A stretch of DNA of 64,000 nt from a virus: the IMG/VR virus record IMGVR_UViG_3300012953_000015, positions 79,013 through 143,012 of that record; one strand, written 5' to 3'. A model generated the notes under the pieces. The model was not told the origin of the DNA. It saw nothing but the letters and a program-made list of their open reading frames with translations, and ran no database searches. Shown here piece by piece: positions 9,301-19,436 of the stretch (position 1 is the stretch's first letter; the number at the start of each line of letters is the position of its first letter). The translations under genes and the position numbers were made by a program.

Positions 9301-10873
9301 CGTCGCAAGGGAGGCTTGGGATTCTATCAAGGGCGCTTTCGCCGGAGTTGCAGCTTGGGGTGCAGGCTTAGTAAAGTCCATGTTTGCACCGTTCGCGACT
9401 ATGGCGTCAACAATCGGAGGCTATGCCGAGGATGCTTGGGCAGCCGTTAAAAATGCTTTTAATGGCGTTAAAAAGTTTTTTGATTCTGTCGGTAAGGCTA
9501 TCATCAATGGCGTCATGGCACCGATCAGGGCTATCAAGCGCAAAATCAGACAGGTGTTTGACGCATTACCTGACGTAATAAAAGATAGACTCGTCATGCG
9601 CTCACCATCGAAAGTGTTCGCGGAAATTGGTCAAGGCATGAGCGACGGAATGACTCAACAATTTGATAAAGAAGCAATTAGCGGTGTGGGTAAAACGATG
9701 GATGCAACGGTGAAGACAGCTCAAGATGGTTTAAAAGGAGGAAACTATAACACGGGCATCGGCGAAGCTATTGTTAGTGAGATAAAATCTCTCGGTCCCA
9801 TGTTGGCTGCTGCTTCTATGGCTGCTATAGTAGAGATGGGAGAGTCTTTTAAAGATGGCTCGAAGTATATCGGCGCACTTTTTACTGGTTTGTTCACCGG
9901 TGAAATAGGCAACCTCTTAGGCTCAGTTTTTGGAAGTATTCCTGGAAAGATAACCTCCCTGATCTCGGGTGTCTTCCCCATATTGAAAGATGCTTTTGCG
10001 ACAATGGGCAAGCTTGTGTACAAGGGCATGAGTTTCTTTATGAAAATGTTCAAGGGAGATAGCATAGTTGACGTTTTCTCCAAGATAATGAATACAGTCG
10101 GCGCAGTTGCTAAAAGGGTTTTACAGCTTGTCACAAAACAAATGATGAAGTTATCAAAAGTGATTGGAATCATGGGCAAAAAAGGCATGGGAATGTCTAA
10201 ACTCAGTATTTTCTCGAGGCAAAACAAAAACATTTTTAAGTCTCTTGCGATAATGTTTAGGGACATGGTGAAAGTTTTAAGGAGGATAAAATTCGCTGTT
10301 GTTCATGACCTTTTAGAGTCTACTCTTTACTCAGTTCAGATGATTGATAAAACTTTCAAGGTAGTTTCGAGACTTAAGCCATCAGACTTAAGTAAAGCCC
10401 CAATGTTTAAAGCAGATTTTAGACAGAAAGTCCTTGACGGTTACGATCGATTAGGAGAAATGCTGGCTGATATTGGATATATAACTGCGGAACATCTAGG
10501 CAATTTCGACAATCGTCCGACTGAAGCTATGTTTAAAGCAGTCATGGAGACGTCTAGACTTTCCAAGGTTATTAAACAACAATTTGCAGGTGGTTCCGGA
10601 ACCGTTGTAAGGGTAGTTGAAGATTTAGTAGACACTTATAACAAAACGTATGAAGCTTTAGAAGATGCCGCGAATCAACCAGCAAACTTGGCAATAAAGT
10701 TGGATAACTTTGCTTCAAAGGTAGGCATCAACAGAGATACATTCACAGTTAAAAATGAAAAGCTTAATTTCGAAGTTAATGTAGCAGTAGTTCTGAACGT
10801 TGATGAGTTAGGAAAGACTTTGACGAATAGAAAGATTATGGGTGCTAGGACCTTGAAGAAAGCATTAGGATAG
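6329..10873 (+). CDS. Tail tape measure protein
   Basis: 1514 aa, Ala/Gly/Lys-rich helical pattern, periodic W/F region, position after the chaperones. Confidence 0.88.
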   Translation: MADTSDLGKQAELLSQINSLLAQRCDLEAKIANSCGKQGAMAGEMAAATNASAQGLKDLGGGWSEVNSALDEGSRKQKDINKQSKGFLKGMLSKSKGIVGAAAGFGVFTKGLKFAAQGLKGVAMAGKSMIKGVFNISKAILKIPFKIFGGLIGMANKNAGAGTALRQAYEDVRKEFGSFSEGPAKNVIAGFNDMRSSAGNLAGTGLSASRVFGYGPEGMAKMMGAVADIAKGLGPAINLLGDEFGKVAEQAVMFSKGLGLSGEQMGKLMKDAKLSGKSQTDMMTEVGSMSLQMADKFGLSSKDIGRDIADMKSDFVSFGNVSTAEMGAASAYARSLGMDMKDLKGVVDKFDDFEGAAESVGQLNQAFGIQLDTMKMMNAENPAERIDMMRKAFFAAGKSIENMTRQEKKLMMQQTGLTESALKSAFAAENQGVAYEDFADAAAESEENQLSQEEVMLKLAKAIEKISAAGPGFTGMFDAFSKGFMKAVMYDDDMKDLFRTIRQMLRAVFKLGKVFGTFFVALLKGSGVIKALKEFFNPKIISTFTKTITPMLKGLANFLTTGKGNPEKLFDTFFGALDKMFSARGTAGKKVATAFGRLIEMLATLFAKLAEWAKPKIIPYLKGLITGVQKFFSGSGIGAGIADALGKLMVGAFVSAFKFVFSAAGQGIKALKKTFKAWYDKDAPNAIRAASTGANLLGVGTRIMGKFGMALNPYAALAMAASSFSKGFENMDKAVDKGITGVNRTLSVGAASYLELLTFGLMPDHISAKLGNFVGQLLDVLDGFFKKIGLGSFFDGFKQEVAGVIQIFKGIGDIVRGLFSGDAAKVQEGLESLMSGIFDTIVGRVKMIGTVLLQLVTRVLPWVGKLLMKILGTVVKWVVTELPKAIIGAFVFVGKKLVKGGQNLMSFFTDKKFRGKVWKQAKDFAGSIVMGLINGIKDFIVYLAEWLAEIWVTFADFWDINSPSGKMMQAGQDLVDGIMETFAALPQLILNVAREAWDSIKGAFAGVAAWGAGLVKSMFAPFATMASTIGGYAEDAWAAVKNAFNGVKKFFDSVGKAIINGVMAPIRAIKRKIRQVFDALPDVIKDRLVMRSPSKVFAEIGQGMSDGMTQQFDKEAISGVGKTMDATVKTAQDGLKGGNYNTGIGEAIVSEIKSLGPMLAAASMAAIVEMGESFKDGSKYIGALFTGLFTGEIGNLLGSVFGSIPGKITSLISGVFPILKDAFATMGKLVYKGMSFFMKMFKGDSIVDVFSKIMNTVGAVAKRVLQLVTKQMMKLSKVIGIMGKKGMGMSKLSIFSRQNKNIFKSLAIMFRDMVKVLRRIKFAVVHDLLESTLYSVQMIDKTFKVVSRLKPSDLSKAPMFKADFRQKVLDGYDRLGEMLADIGYITAEHLGNFDNRPTEAMFKAVMETSRLSKVIKQQFAGGSGTVVRVVEDLVDTYNKTYEALEDAANQPANLAIKLDNFASKVGINRDTFTVKNEKLNFEVNVAVVLNVDELGKTLTNRKIMGARTLKKALG

Positions 10874-10883
10874 GAGATTGATC

Positions 10884-11072
10884 ATGAGTGAAAACAACAA
10901 AAAAGATCTCGATGATCTAGATATCGATAAAGTTAAAGAGATATACAATAACATTGTAGAAGATTTTCCTTTTGAAAAATATGAAAAATTAGTAGAAGCT
11001 TTAAAAGAAGTTATGTCAGACCCTAGAATGAAGAAAGAAGTGAAATTATATTTCAAGGAGAACCCTAAGTAA
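10884..11072 (+). CDS. Hypothetical protein
   Basis: Short ORF with AGGAG SD; its stop overlaps the next ATG (TAATG). Confidence 0.55.
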   Translation: MSENNKKDLDDLDIDKVKEIYNNIVEDFPFEKYEKLVEALKEVMSDPRMKKEVKLYFKENPK

Positions 11073-14000
11073 TGTCTGATGAGAAAAAAATATACCCTAA
11101 AGGTTCTGGCGATTTCAATAATCACAATCCCCCTAACAACGGAAGGGTTTTAACTGATCAAGATGATATTGCTGATTCTACTAAAGCTACCCTAAAACAA
11201 TATTTGAGCAATTTAACAGAGAAGAACAATTATCCCGTTTCAGCCAAAATAGTTACCGACTCTTCAACAAACACTTTAAAAAGTCAAGATTCAGAGGTAG
11301 ATTATTCTGAAAATGTAGAAGAAAAAGTTAATGAATTACGATACGATACAAACGATTCTCAGTTTATTGATTTAAACGAAGATACAGAAGAAGCAAAGTA
11401 TTTAAGGGAAATATCAGATTCTGGAAAATTTACTGATTTAAACAATCCTGAGACCACTTTAAAAAGCTTTTTCGACAAGAATCAAAGAGGTCAAGGACAT
11501 AATTTATTAAGATCTTTTAAGCATTCTAGAGATTATTTAATTGAGACTTCTGGCGTCGCTCCTTTGACCGATCCTACAGGAAGAGATAAAGGGGAATTAT
11601 ACAAAACCCCTCCTAATGCTCCTGAAGTTCAAAAAAGGATTTCTGAAGTTTTGAAAACAAATCGATTCTCTCCTTCAGAAGAATCTCCTTATATAAGAGA
11701 AAATGCATATTCTAACCCATCCGCGGCTTTTGGTTCCATCCAGCCTAAATTGGGAGTTTATACTACAAATTCCCCGCTAGGAGATTTAGCTATAACAGAT
11801 TTAAGAAAAGTTGCTGCTTCCTTAATGTTAAAACAAACCGGTCACGCTAATGGCAATTCTGATCCTTTCGACGAAAATATGTTTACTGTAATACCCGGTC
11901 CGGACCCCTTAGGCTTTGATCCACGAGTCGACGTTGATCAAATGTTAGCTAGGAACGCTTTTAAAGGTTCTTCTAGACGAGGCCGAACTCAAGTAGATAT
12001 AGGTCTAGATGATGAAGCCGGGGACGGTTTTATGGGAGGAAAAAATCCTCTAGACGGAGATGGAGAATTTATTTCAATAACTGATGGAAGATCTTTTGGC
12101 GCTGCAAACTCGTATCTTGAAACGTTTACTGGTAACCCTTTAGCAGCAATAACTTTTATCCTACAAGGACTCTTAACAGTTTTTGTAACTGGAATTGTTA
12201 TAGGGATATTCCTTAATTTATTGATGGACAATGTTAATCCAGAGAGGGCTGAAGGTCGTGATCCAAGCACGCTTCCTTTTTCAAGATACACAGACTCTCC
12301 AGCTGCTATGTTATCTGGTCTAGGAGTCCCTCATCTAACTCATCCAATTATTACGTGCATCGCTTATGGATTAGCAGCATTTTTTCGTATAGAACCTCCA
12401 GACGAAGATTTAGGAAACTTTGTAACTTTGACTGCTTGGTTTGCTAAATCAGCTGTCCTTAATATAGTTGAATTTGTTCCTAGGCTGATGGAATCTCAAG
12501 GTTTCTTTGTTTCGATTATAAGAAGCGTCATGAGAGATAATTCATCTATTTTAGACATTGATCCTGTAGCTATTCTAGCCGATGTTGCTTTGTCAACGAT
12601 TACTGGAGGAATTAGAGGATTATTAAAAAGTTTAGTTAGAGTGTTTTCAGGATTAGCATCATTCAGGTTTTTTATGGCCTGCGCGGTAGTTGGAGAAAAA
12701 TGTTTGTTAGATGAGATAAGAGATTTTTCCGGAATAAGGCTTCTTGATAACATACCAGATAATGGCCCTTCAAGAGCGGTGAAATCAAGAGTGAATAAAA
12801 CTACAAATGCTCTTGTTTGGAGACACCGAAGCGCTCCAGCTATGTTGAACTTACCAGCTTCCATTCTGGCCGCTAAAGCCGATACAAAAACCGGTAAAGA
12901 TGCAATGATAGCTGCAGCTTCTTTGGTAGGGGACGCTGAAGGTGAGAATTTTAGAAGAAGCATGTCTATCAGGAGCAAGAATCGCTTCACAGCCGAAGAA
13001 GTTAAAAAATTCGAAGACGATTTAGAATCAGAGTATATGCCGTTTTATTTTCATGATTTAAGAACAAACGAGATTATATCTTTCCACGCTTTTGTTGATA
13101 GCATAACGGACTCATTCACAGCCCAATATCAAGACACTCCAGCTTATGGAAGAGTAGATCCTGTGAAGATTTATAAGAGTACGACTCGAGCGATTAATCT
13201 TTCTTTTAATTTGATATCAACTTCACAAGAAGATTTTGATTCAATGTGGTTCAGCGTCAACAAACTTACACAAATGGTTTACCCTCAATGGTCTAAAGGT
13301 AGAAAAGTATCTGATGCTACTAATAAATTTATTATGCCGTTTTCTCAAATACCAACTGCTAGTCCGATGATAAGGATAAGGTTAGGAGACTTTGTTAGAT
13401 CGAATGGTACGAAATTTGCTTTAGCTAGACTTTTTGGTGCAGGCCAAGGAACAGATATTTTTTCTTACGGTGAAGGCAAATCCGGAGCAGACATCGAGGA
13501 AAAGTCTCAAAAATCCTTAGACGATTTTAAGAAAATATCAGCGCAGTCTTTTAATACGAAAGATGAGAAGAAAGCTTTTGCTGAAAAACAAGTGGTTATT
13601 TTAAAAAGATCTACTTCTCATGGTTATACTACTTACGAAGATTCTGATATGGGTTTTCTTGCTTCTTTAGTTAGCCCTACCTCACTTCCTACTCAAACAT
13701 GGACCCGCGCAGATGCTCTAGTAAAAATTGAAGAAATTCAAGACCGTCCAGACTCTCCCCAAGGAAGAGAAGTAGACTTAGGAAAGTTAAAAGATGAATC
13801 TGCACTTTCTAAGAAACCATACCAATACAAGGTTTCATTTGTTAACGATAAAGATCCTGCTAACCCAAATCAGGACACCAAAAATTATATGCTTGTATTA
13901 GCTACAGATTTAAAAGTGATAAAAGAGCAAAAACCTAAGCAAGAAGATGTTCAACTTGACATGGATTTAGAAAAATCATCTCAAGCTTTTTTCGCATCTA

Positions 14001-14368
14001 AAAATAATTCTATAATGAAAGCTTTTGAATCTACTCGCGGTAGAGGGTTAGCCGGTTTTATTACCAGCATGAATTTTGATTATTCTCAATCAACATATGA
14101 GGTCGGATCTTTGACGAGAAGAGCTCCCATGTTTTTGAAAGTTACCATGACTTTTGCTCCGATTCATGACATTCCACCAGGTATGGATGCTGATGGTGGC
14201 AATAGAGCTCCTATATATCCAGTTGGAGCAATATCTGCGCATTTAGCTGGAGACGAGTTGGCTAACAGTCCGCAGTTTGGAACTTTGAATAAACCAGACG
14301 GGGTAAAGGATAAATTTACAGCTGCTCATACAAAATTAGCAGAAATAAATAAGGATAAAAAGAAATGA
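11072..14368 (+). CDS. Baseplate/tail-tube-initiator-like protein with hydrophobic central region
   Basis: C-terminal tube-like domain (PFYFHDLRTNEIISFHAF...YGRVDPVKIYKSTTRAINLSF); located between tape measure and LysM protein. Confidence 0.6.
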   Translation: MSDEKKIYPKGSGDFNNHNPPNNGRVLTDQDDIADSTKATLKQYLSNLTEKNNYPVSAKIVTDSSTNTLKSQDSEVDYSENVEEKVNELRYDTNDSQFIDLNEDTEEAKYLREISDSGKFTDLNNPETTLKSFFDKNQRGQGHNLLRSFKHSRDYLIETSGVAPLTDPTGRDKGELYKTPPNAPEVQKRISEVLKTNRFSPSEESPYIRENAYSNPSAAFGSIQPKLGVYTTNSPLGDLAITDLRKVAASLMLKQTGHANGNSDPFDENMFTVIPGPDPLGFDPRVDVDQMLARNAFKGSSRRGRTQVDIGLDDEAGDGFMGGKNPLDGDGEFISITDGRSFGAANSYLETFTGNPLAAITFILQGLLTVFVTGIVIGIFLNLLMDNVNPERAEGRDPSTLPFSRYTDSPAAMLSGLGVPHLTHPIITCIAYGLAAFFRIEPPDEDLGNFVTLTAWFAKSAVLNIVEFVPRLMESQGFFVSIIRSVMRDNSSILDIDPVAILADVALSTITGGIRGLLKSLVRVFSGLASFRFFMACAVVGEKCLLDEIRDFSGIRLLDNIPDNGPSRAVKSRVNKTTNALVWRHRSAPAMLNLPASILAAKADTKTGKDAMIAAASLVGDAEGENFRRSMSIRSKNRFTAEEVKKFEDDLESEYMPFYFHDLRTNEIISFHAFVDSITDSFTAQYQDTPAYGRVDPVKIYKSTTRAINLSFNLISTSQEDFDSMWFSVNKLTQMVYPQWSKGRKVSDATNKFIMPFSQIPTASPMIRIRLGDFVRSNGTKFALARLFGAGQGTDIFSYGEGKSGADIEEKSQKSLDDFKKISAQSFNTKDEKKAFAEKQVVILKRSTSHGYTTYEDSDMGFLASLVSPTSLPTQTWTRADALVKIEEIQDRPDSPQGREVDLGKLKDESALSKKPYQYKVSFVNDKDPANPNQDTKNYMLVLATDLKVIKEQKPKQEDVQLDMDLEKSSQAFFASKNNSIMKAFESTRGRGLAGFITSMNFDYSQSTYEVGSLTRRAPMFLKVTMTFAPIHDIPPGMDADGGNRAPIYPVGAISAHLAGDELANSPQFGTLNKPDGVKDKFTAAHTKLAEINKDKKK

Positions 14369-14652
14369 GAAGATACGCAACAGCGCCGCTTCTTTCAGGT
14401 GGAACTTTTTACGGAACTTTCGTTCCAGGTAAAATATTAAGAGAAGCAGCGCAATCCGGTCAGATCTCAGTTAGGCAAGATTTTCTGAGAGAAGGTGAGA
14501 GGCTGGACACTATTGCTGGTTCTATGTATGGAGATGCTAGATTATGGTGGGTAATAGCCGGTTGTAGCGGTATAGGTTGGTCTCTGCAAGTACCTGCAGG
14601 AACTTCTTTGTTAATACCTACTGATTTAGCTGAAGTAGCTACCTTGGTGTGA
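14365..14652 (+). CDS. LysM-like baseplate wedge protein (gp53/gpX-like)
   Basis: GERLDTIAGSMYGDARLWWVIA...GTSLLIP. Confidence 0.8.
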   Translation: MRRYATAPLLSGGTFYGTFVPGKILREAAQSGQISVRQDFLREGERLDTIAGSMYGDARLWWVIAGCSGIGWSLQVPAGTSLLIPTDLAEVATLV

Positions 14653-14653
14653 T

Positions 14654-17600
14654 ATGACTAAAAGAATGGAACCAACGAAACTTGATCTAGCAATAGACGA
14701 TTTAAAATCATATTTCGCAATAACAACCCAATCAGATTTTTTTAACGTAATGATTAGTGCTCAAGGAATTGAAGATCCAGCAGCTAAGATGAAAACGCTT
14801 GGTGCAGCTCAAGAAAAGTTTCAAAAAAGCCAATTTAGTAATTTAACTAAACCAAACGAAAAAGAAAAAGATAGAGGAATTTCAAAGATAATAAATATGC
14901 TTCAATCGCAGCAGGCTGCCTTTTTCGCGCATGAAATAATTTCAGAAATGAGTCAATATATGACGGGCGATAGCGCGGCTGCTAACGCTAAAGAATTAAA
15001 AAAAATAATAACTGTTGTTTATGAAAATACTGATAAAGAATTCTTAAAATTTGGTAAAGAAAACCCAGGTAGAAAGACATCTATTAAAGAATTAACGCGT
15101 AACCTTAATGTTCCTACAAAGAATAAAAACCCTGAAGAACTGTTGATAAATAAAGCGACAACTAAGCCCACTAAGAAACAGCCAGCTTTATCAGCTTTTG
15201 TAGTTAGGAGTAATTCTTTAAATCCAGCTACTAGAAATTCGTCTGCGCCTGAGTTATTTTTTAGTTCTATTCCTAATATCGAGATGTCTAGATGCGTTCC
15301 TTTTTTAGATATTACTGTTATACCTTCCTCCCCAGCTTTAGACGACAAAGGCCGGCCTCAAACAGTTTCTATTACTCAGTTTTTGTTAGGCAATGCTACT
15401 ATCGACGGTTCAGCTAGCAAATCTATTGCTAAAGCTCACGACGTAAATGTAAGAAAAAACATATTCAAGTCACAATCAGAATCGGGAAAAGACACACGTT
15501 CTAAGGCATCTGCTGGCATGGAAATATTTACTTCACCTCAAACAATGGTTAATGCTGATGAATCTTATACTGTAGATTCACCAACCAACAGGCAAACTTC
15601 CGTGATTGATAGGTTTCGGCCTCTAATGAGTATAAAAGGGTTTAAAGTAAATTTAGTTCCTTCTGCTGGTCTTATGACTTATAAGAATGCAGAACTAACT
15701 GTTGTTCTGCATGATCGATCTAGACTAGCAGAAGTTACTGAATTGATAAAACCCGATCTTTATGGTAAAACTGAACTTTTGATTACTTACGGATGGTCTC
15801 ATCCAGACGGAAATGTTCCAGGTAACGTTTACGGGAGGTTTTTAGATTCTTTAAAATGCACAGAAAAATATGGAATAGTTAATTCAAATTATACTTTCGA
15901 TCCTGTAGGTCAGGTTAATATCAATATAAAGCTATCTTTAAAAGGTACACCAGCTCTAGATTTGTCAGATATAACTTCAGATTCTGATGCTGATAACGCA
16001 TTGAAAGGAGTTAAAAAATTAGCCACTGCAGTAAGAGCTGCAAGGAAAAAACTCGGCTCTGTAAAAAAGAAAAAAGGAGCTAAGTCAGTATCAAGCGCTT
16101 CAGTTCTAGGGAAGTTATCAGATACTTCTCGTGCTATGAGATTAACTCCAGAAGCTGAAGAGAATCTTGACGAATATATAACTAAGGCATCAACTAGTAC
16201 GAATCCAGATGTGAAATTGCTAGTAGCTGCTTTGAAAAAAATGAAGACTGCAGTATCTGAAGCACAGGAAACCATGGCAACATTATCTGCTAATAAAGTA
16301 GAAAAATTACAATTTAATAGAAAAAATGAGCCTGATACTTTCTCGATGGTTTCTGTAAGGAAAAAAGGCCAAAAGAAGAAGAAGAACGCTAGCAAGCTAT
16401 CAAAAACTGAACAAGAAGCTATAATCGATCCTTTTATGGTAGGCTTAAATGGTACTAAGGGAGAAAATTCATACCTCAAAATTGAAAAAGATGATTCTCG
16501 TTATGTATCTCTTGGAAGCTTGCTTCTTCAGTATGTTGGGTATCCTCTTACTAGGACTGGACAGTTTGATGAAGTCCAATTTATTTTTTATTCTTTCAAT
16601 GAATATGCTTCGTATGTTAGAGGCATACCAATTTGCTCTTTTCCTATATACTTTCCAGACTTTGAAAAAGAGTTTAAAGCAGTCACAAAAACTTCTACAA
16701 AAATGTCTTTGAATCAGTTTCTTAAGTTTCTAACTTCAAAGTTCGTCTCGAGCCAATCCTCTAGGGCTTATGGCCTTAGAGACGAACTTTATGAAGAAGA
16801 TAAAAAAACTGGAAAGCAAGTGCTTAAAGAAAAATATAAAGAAGCAACTATAGTAAAAGGAGAAAAAGATTTAAGGCTAGAAGACGCTTATGGCGAAGTT
16901 GCAGTTTTAAACTTTAAAGTTCCTAGAATACAAATGCACGCTGAGTGTTTAGATGGTAAAACAGGAGATCAGTCGATATACAGAGTTCATATTTTTGATT
17001 CTAACGCTTCTTCGCATGCTACCTTTGCTGAGATATTAAAAGCTAGCGAAGATGACAAGATAACTCCTTTAACCGCTGGGCTAGGAAAAGCTTGCGTAAA
17101 TGATAAAGAGCATAAGTCAGAAGCAGAAGCTAATTCAGGTTTTCAAGATGAATTTATGAAGGTTATAAACCAAGCTATTAAATCAGGTGTCATACAAACT
17201 ATGCCAACTCAAAAAACAGAATTAACCAAAGCAGACTTAGAAGCTGTGGGAGACAAGAAGCTGCACTTTAGGGTTGTTCAAAATTTCGATAAAGTAAAAC
17301 AGATGATTACGAGAAATATGCCTTCCATTACTTACGGTACGCAAAATTCAAACTTGATTCAAGCTAATCTAGGTTCAATGAATGTTGCAGCTTTAACGAA
17401 TATTAACTTAAGAAGATCAGGCATGGGGGCTGGAAACACTGCGCTAGGCTTAAGAGACTCAGGCCTTCCTCTTCAAATAGCTCCAATGAAGCTTGATGTA
17501 ATGGCTATGGGCATGCCACTGATCGTAATAGGACAACAATTTTTTATTGACTTTGGAACTGGTACCAGCGCTGATAACATATATGTAGTCTCTAAAGTAT

Positions 17601-17725
17601 CTCACGATATTGCTGATGGTAAATTCCAGTCTCAGTTCTCTTTTACCCCGCTAAATTCTTATGGTCAATATACCAATATTGGTAACGTCATCGATCAAGC
17701 AGTAGCAGAACTTACAAGCGATTGA
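14654..17725 (+). CDS. Probable baseplate hub protein (gp27/gpD-like)
   Basis: Position after LysM gene; ITYGWS motif; C-terminal GMP...GQQFF...YVVSKVSHDIADGKF typical of hub proteins. Confidence 0.55.
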   Translation: MTKRMEPTKLDLAIDDLKSYFAITTQSDFFNVMISAQGIEDPAAKMKTLGAAQEKFQKSQFSNLTKPNEKEKDRGISKIINMLQSQQAAFFAHEIISEMSQYMTGDSAAANAKELKKIITVVYENTDKEFLKFGKENPGRKTSIKELTRNLNVPTKNKNPEELLINKATTKPTKKQPALSAFVVRSNSLNPATRNSSAPELFFSSIPNIEMSRCVPFLDITVIPSSPALDDKGRPQTVSITQFLLGNATIDGSASKSIAKAHDVNVRKNIFKSQSESGKDTRSKASAGMEIFTSPQTMVNADESYTVDSPTNRQTSVIDRFRPLMSIKGFKVNLVPSAGLMTYKNAELTVVLHDRSRLAEVTELIKPDLYGKTELLITYGWSHPDGNVPGNVYGRFLDSLKCTEKYGIVNSNYTFDPVGQVNINIKLSLKGTPALDLSDITSDSDADNALKGVKKLATAVRAARKKLGSVKKKKGAKSVSSASVLGKLSDTSRAMRLTPEAEENLDEYITKASTSTNPDVKLLVAALKKMKTAVSEAQETMATLSANKVEKLQFNRKNEPDTFSMVSVRKKGQKKKKNASKLSKTEQEAIIDPFMVGLNGTKGENSYLKIEKDDSRYVSLGSLLLQYVGYPLTRTGQFDEVQFIFYSFNEYASYVRGIPICSFPIYFPDFEKEFKAVTKTSTKMSLNQFLKFLTSKFVSSQSSRAYGLRDELYEEDKKTGKQVLKEKYKEATIVKGEKDLRLEDAYGEVAVLNFKVPRIQMHAECLDGKTGDQSIYRVHIFDSNASSHATFAEILKASEDDKITPLTAGLGKACVNDKEHKSEAEANSGFQDEFMKVINQAIKSGVIQTMPTQKTELTKADLEAVGDKKLHFRVVQNFDKVKQMITRNMPSITYGTQNSNLIQANLGSMNVAALTNINLRRSGMGAGNTALGLRDSGLPLQIAPMKLDVMAMGMPLIVIGQQFFIDFGTGTSADNIYVVSKVSHDIADGKFQSQFSFTPLNSYGQYTNIGNVIDQAVAELTSD

Positions 17726-17753
17726 TGAAAAATCAAAATATCTTTTTTAAGAT
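17725..17753 (+). promoter_or_regulatory. Sigma70-like promoter ATGAAA-N17-TAAGAT
   Basis: Same architecture at 20516, 42744, 46367 and 53583; ATG lies 5 nt after the -10 box. Confidence 0.6.
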
Positions 17754-17758
17754 TAATA

Positions 17759-18940
17759 ATGAAGATATTTTTTGACAAATTACATCTCCCTGTTCAAAGA
17801 AACATGGTAGTGAGCAATAATCAAATAGTTTTTACAGATGAAAAATCAAAAAAATGTGATCTATACTTTGGCCAGCAAGAACACAATCACCTGAATTCTT
17901 ATTTAAGCCTTTTTGAAGAAAATTCTTTTGAAGTCATAACAAAGAAATATTTTAACATCATAAAAGAGCTTAAGATTAAAAACCCAAACTGGAAATTTCT
18001 TTTAAAAGAAAGTGAATATGCTGAAATAAAAAGTAGTTTTAAGAAAAAATTATCTAGTTTGATTGAAACTATGTCTAATATAGAGTATAGCCAATATTTT
18101 TCTGAAGGTAATTATGTTCTGAATAATTTAGAAAATATCGTTGTTGATGTTGATCTTTTAAAACAAAAGATAAAAAAAGAAGAAAATCCTACTTTAAGAA
18201 GTATAATATCTAGTTTTTTACCAAAATCGGGGAATACATGCTCAGAGATAGAATTTAATCGATTAAAAACGACAACTGGAAGATTAGTTGTTTCTAAAGG
18301 GCCCCAGATTTTACTTCTGCCAAAAGATATGCGAAGAACAATAGTTTCAAGATACGGAAAAGAAGGAAGTGTTCTATGGGTTGATTTCGTTTCTCTAGAA
18401 CCTAGGTTTACGAAACTGTTATCATCTAATTCTTCCGAGGTAGATATATATTCTGACATTCTAAAAAAATCAGGTTTAAATTGTTCAAGAAAGAAAATAA
18501 AATTAGCAGTGTTAGCGACTCTTTTTGGCGCAGGGATGAAGAAATTAATTGAAATACTAGACGAAGATGCTTTTGAAGTAAGAAAGTCAATCAAGAAATA
18601 TTTTAATTTAGATGAAGTTCTAGGCAGGGTTGGGGATTTTAAAAGAGGAAAAATAAAAAATTACTTTGGCAGAAATATTTTCTTAAAGAATTCTACTTCT
18701 AATGTAGCTTTAAATAATTACATACAAAGCTCTTGCGTTGATATTTCGCTGATAGGTTTTTCTTCTCTTTTGAAGGATTCTAATTTACCAAAATCGGTAA
18801 AACCTATCGCTGTAGTTCATGATGCTCTTGTTGTTGATATCAAAAATAGTGATTTACAAGCGTTAGAAGAGATAATTAATAAAGGAATCAACATTAACAA
18901 GTTGGGTAAATTTTATTTGGGGTTTGAATCTTATGAATAG
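17759..18940 (+). CDS. Stand-alone family A DNA polymerase domain
   Basis: TTGRL; motif A VDFVSLEPR; motif B RKKIKLAVLATLFG; NNYIQS; motif C VVHDA; only 393 aa. Confidence 0.8.
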   Translation: MKIFFDKLHLPVQRNMVVSNNQIVFTDEKSKKCDLYFGQQEHNHLNSYLSLFEENSFEVITKKYFNIIKELKIKNPNWKFLLKESEYAEIKSSFKKKLSSLIETMSNIEYSQYFSEGNYVLNNLENIVVDVDLLKQKIKKEENPTLRSIISSFLPKSGNTCSEIEFNRLKTTTGRLVVSKGPQILLLPKDMRRTIVSRYGKEGSVLWVDFVSLEPRFTKLLSSNSSEVDIYSDILKKSGLNCSRKKIKLAVLATLFGAGMKKLIEILDEDAFEVRKSIKKYFNLDEVLGRVGDFKRGKIKNYFGRNIFLKNSTSNVALNNYIQSSCVDISLIGFSSLLKDSNLPKSVKPIAVVHDALVVDIKNSDLQALEEIINKGININKLGKFYLGFESYE

Positions 18941-19436
18941 CGTATTTCAAGAAATAGTTTTAGATATTTTATCTGAAGAAAAAACTGATAGAAAAGAAAG
19001 AAAAAGAAAAAAATCAGTAGGTATAGAAGCTTCGACAGGATCGGGTAGGTTTTCCGCCGGTGTTACTGAAGCTGGAGCTTTAGCTAGTGATGATCCTGGG
19101 AAGCTTATGGACAATTTAAAAATCACTAGCGCAGGTGGAAAAGACGATATAGAAAAAATAGAGTCTGTTCTAAGGCAAGCATTTACTGGTGCAGATGCGA
19201 TGAAACAAGTTTATACTTCTTTGTCTAGAGCTAGCAGTGGTGGTAAGTCAGGTTTAAGGGTTGGGATAAGCGTTATAAAAATGAGAGAAGGCATAAAGTA
19301 TCTTTATCATACTTTGACTGGTGCTAATAACGCTGGCGTCCTAAACTTAAAAACTTTGGTTCAAATTGAAAATGCTGGAGATTCTATTATAATATATAGT
19401 GGTAAAAAAAATACCTGGGAGAAATATGAAGCTTAA
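18933..19436 (+). CDS. Hypothetical protein
   Basis: Long ORF overlapping both neighbours; N-terminal IVLDILSE. Confidence 0.65.
   Translation: MNSVFQEIVLDILSEEKTDRKERKRKKSVGIEASTGSGRFSAGVTEAGALASDDPGKLMDNLKITSAGGKDDIEKIESVLRQAFTGADAMKQVYTSLSRASSGGKSGLRVGISVIKMREGIKYLYHTLTGANNAGVLNLKTLVQIENAGDSIIIYSGKKNTWEKYEA

Noticed and set aside
1-17725. Bacterial contractile injection system or tailocin rather than a phage
   Set aside because: It is contiguous with phage-type SSB, helicase, DNA-modification and nucleotide-metabolism genes in a single-strand dense layout.
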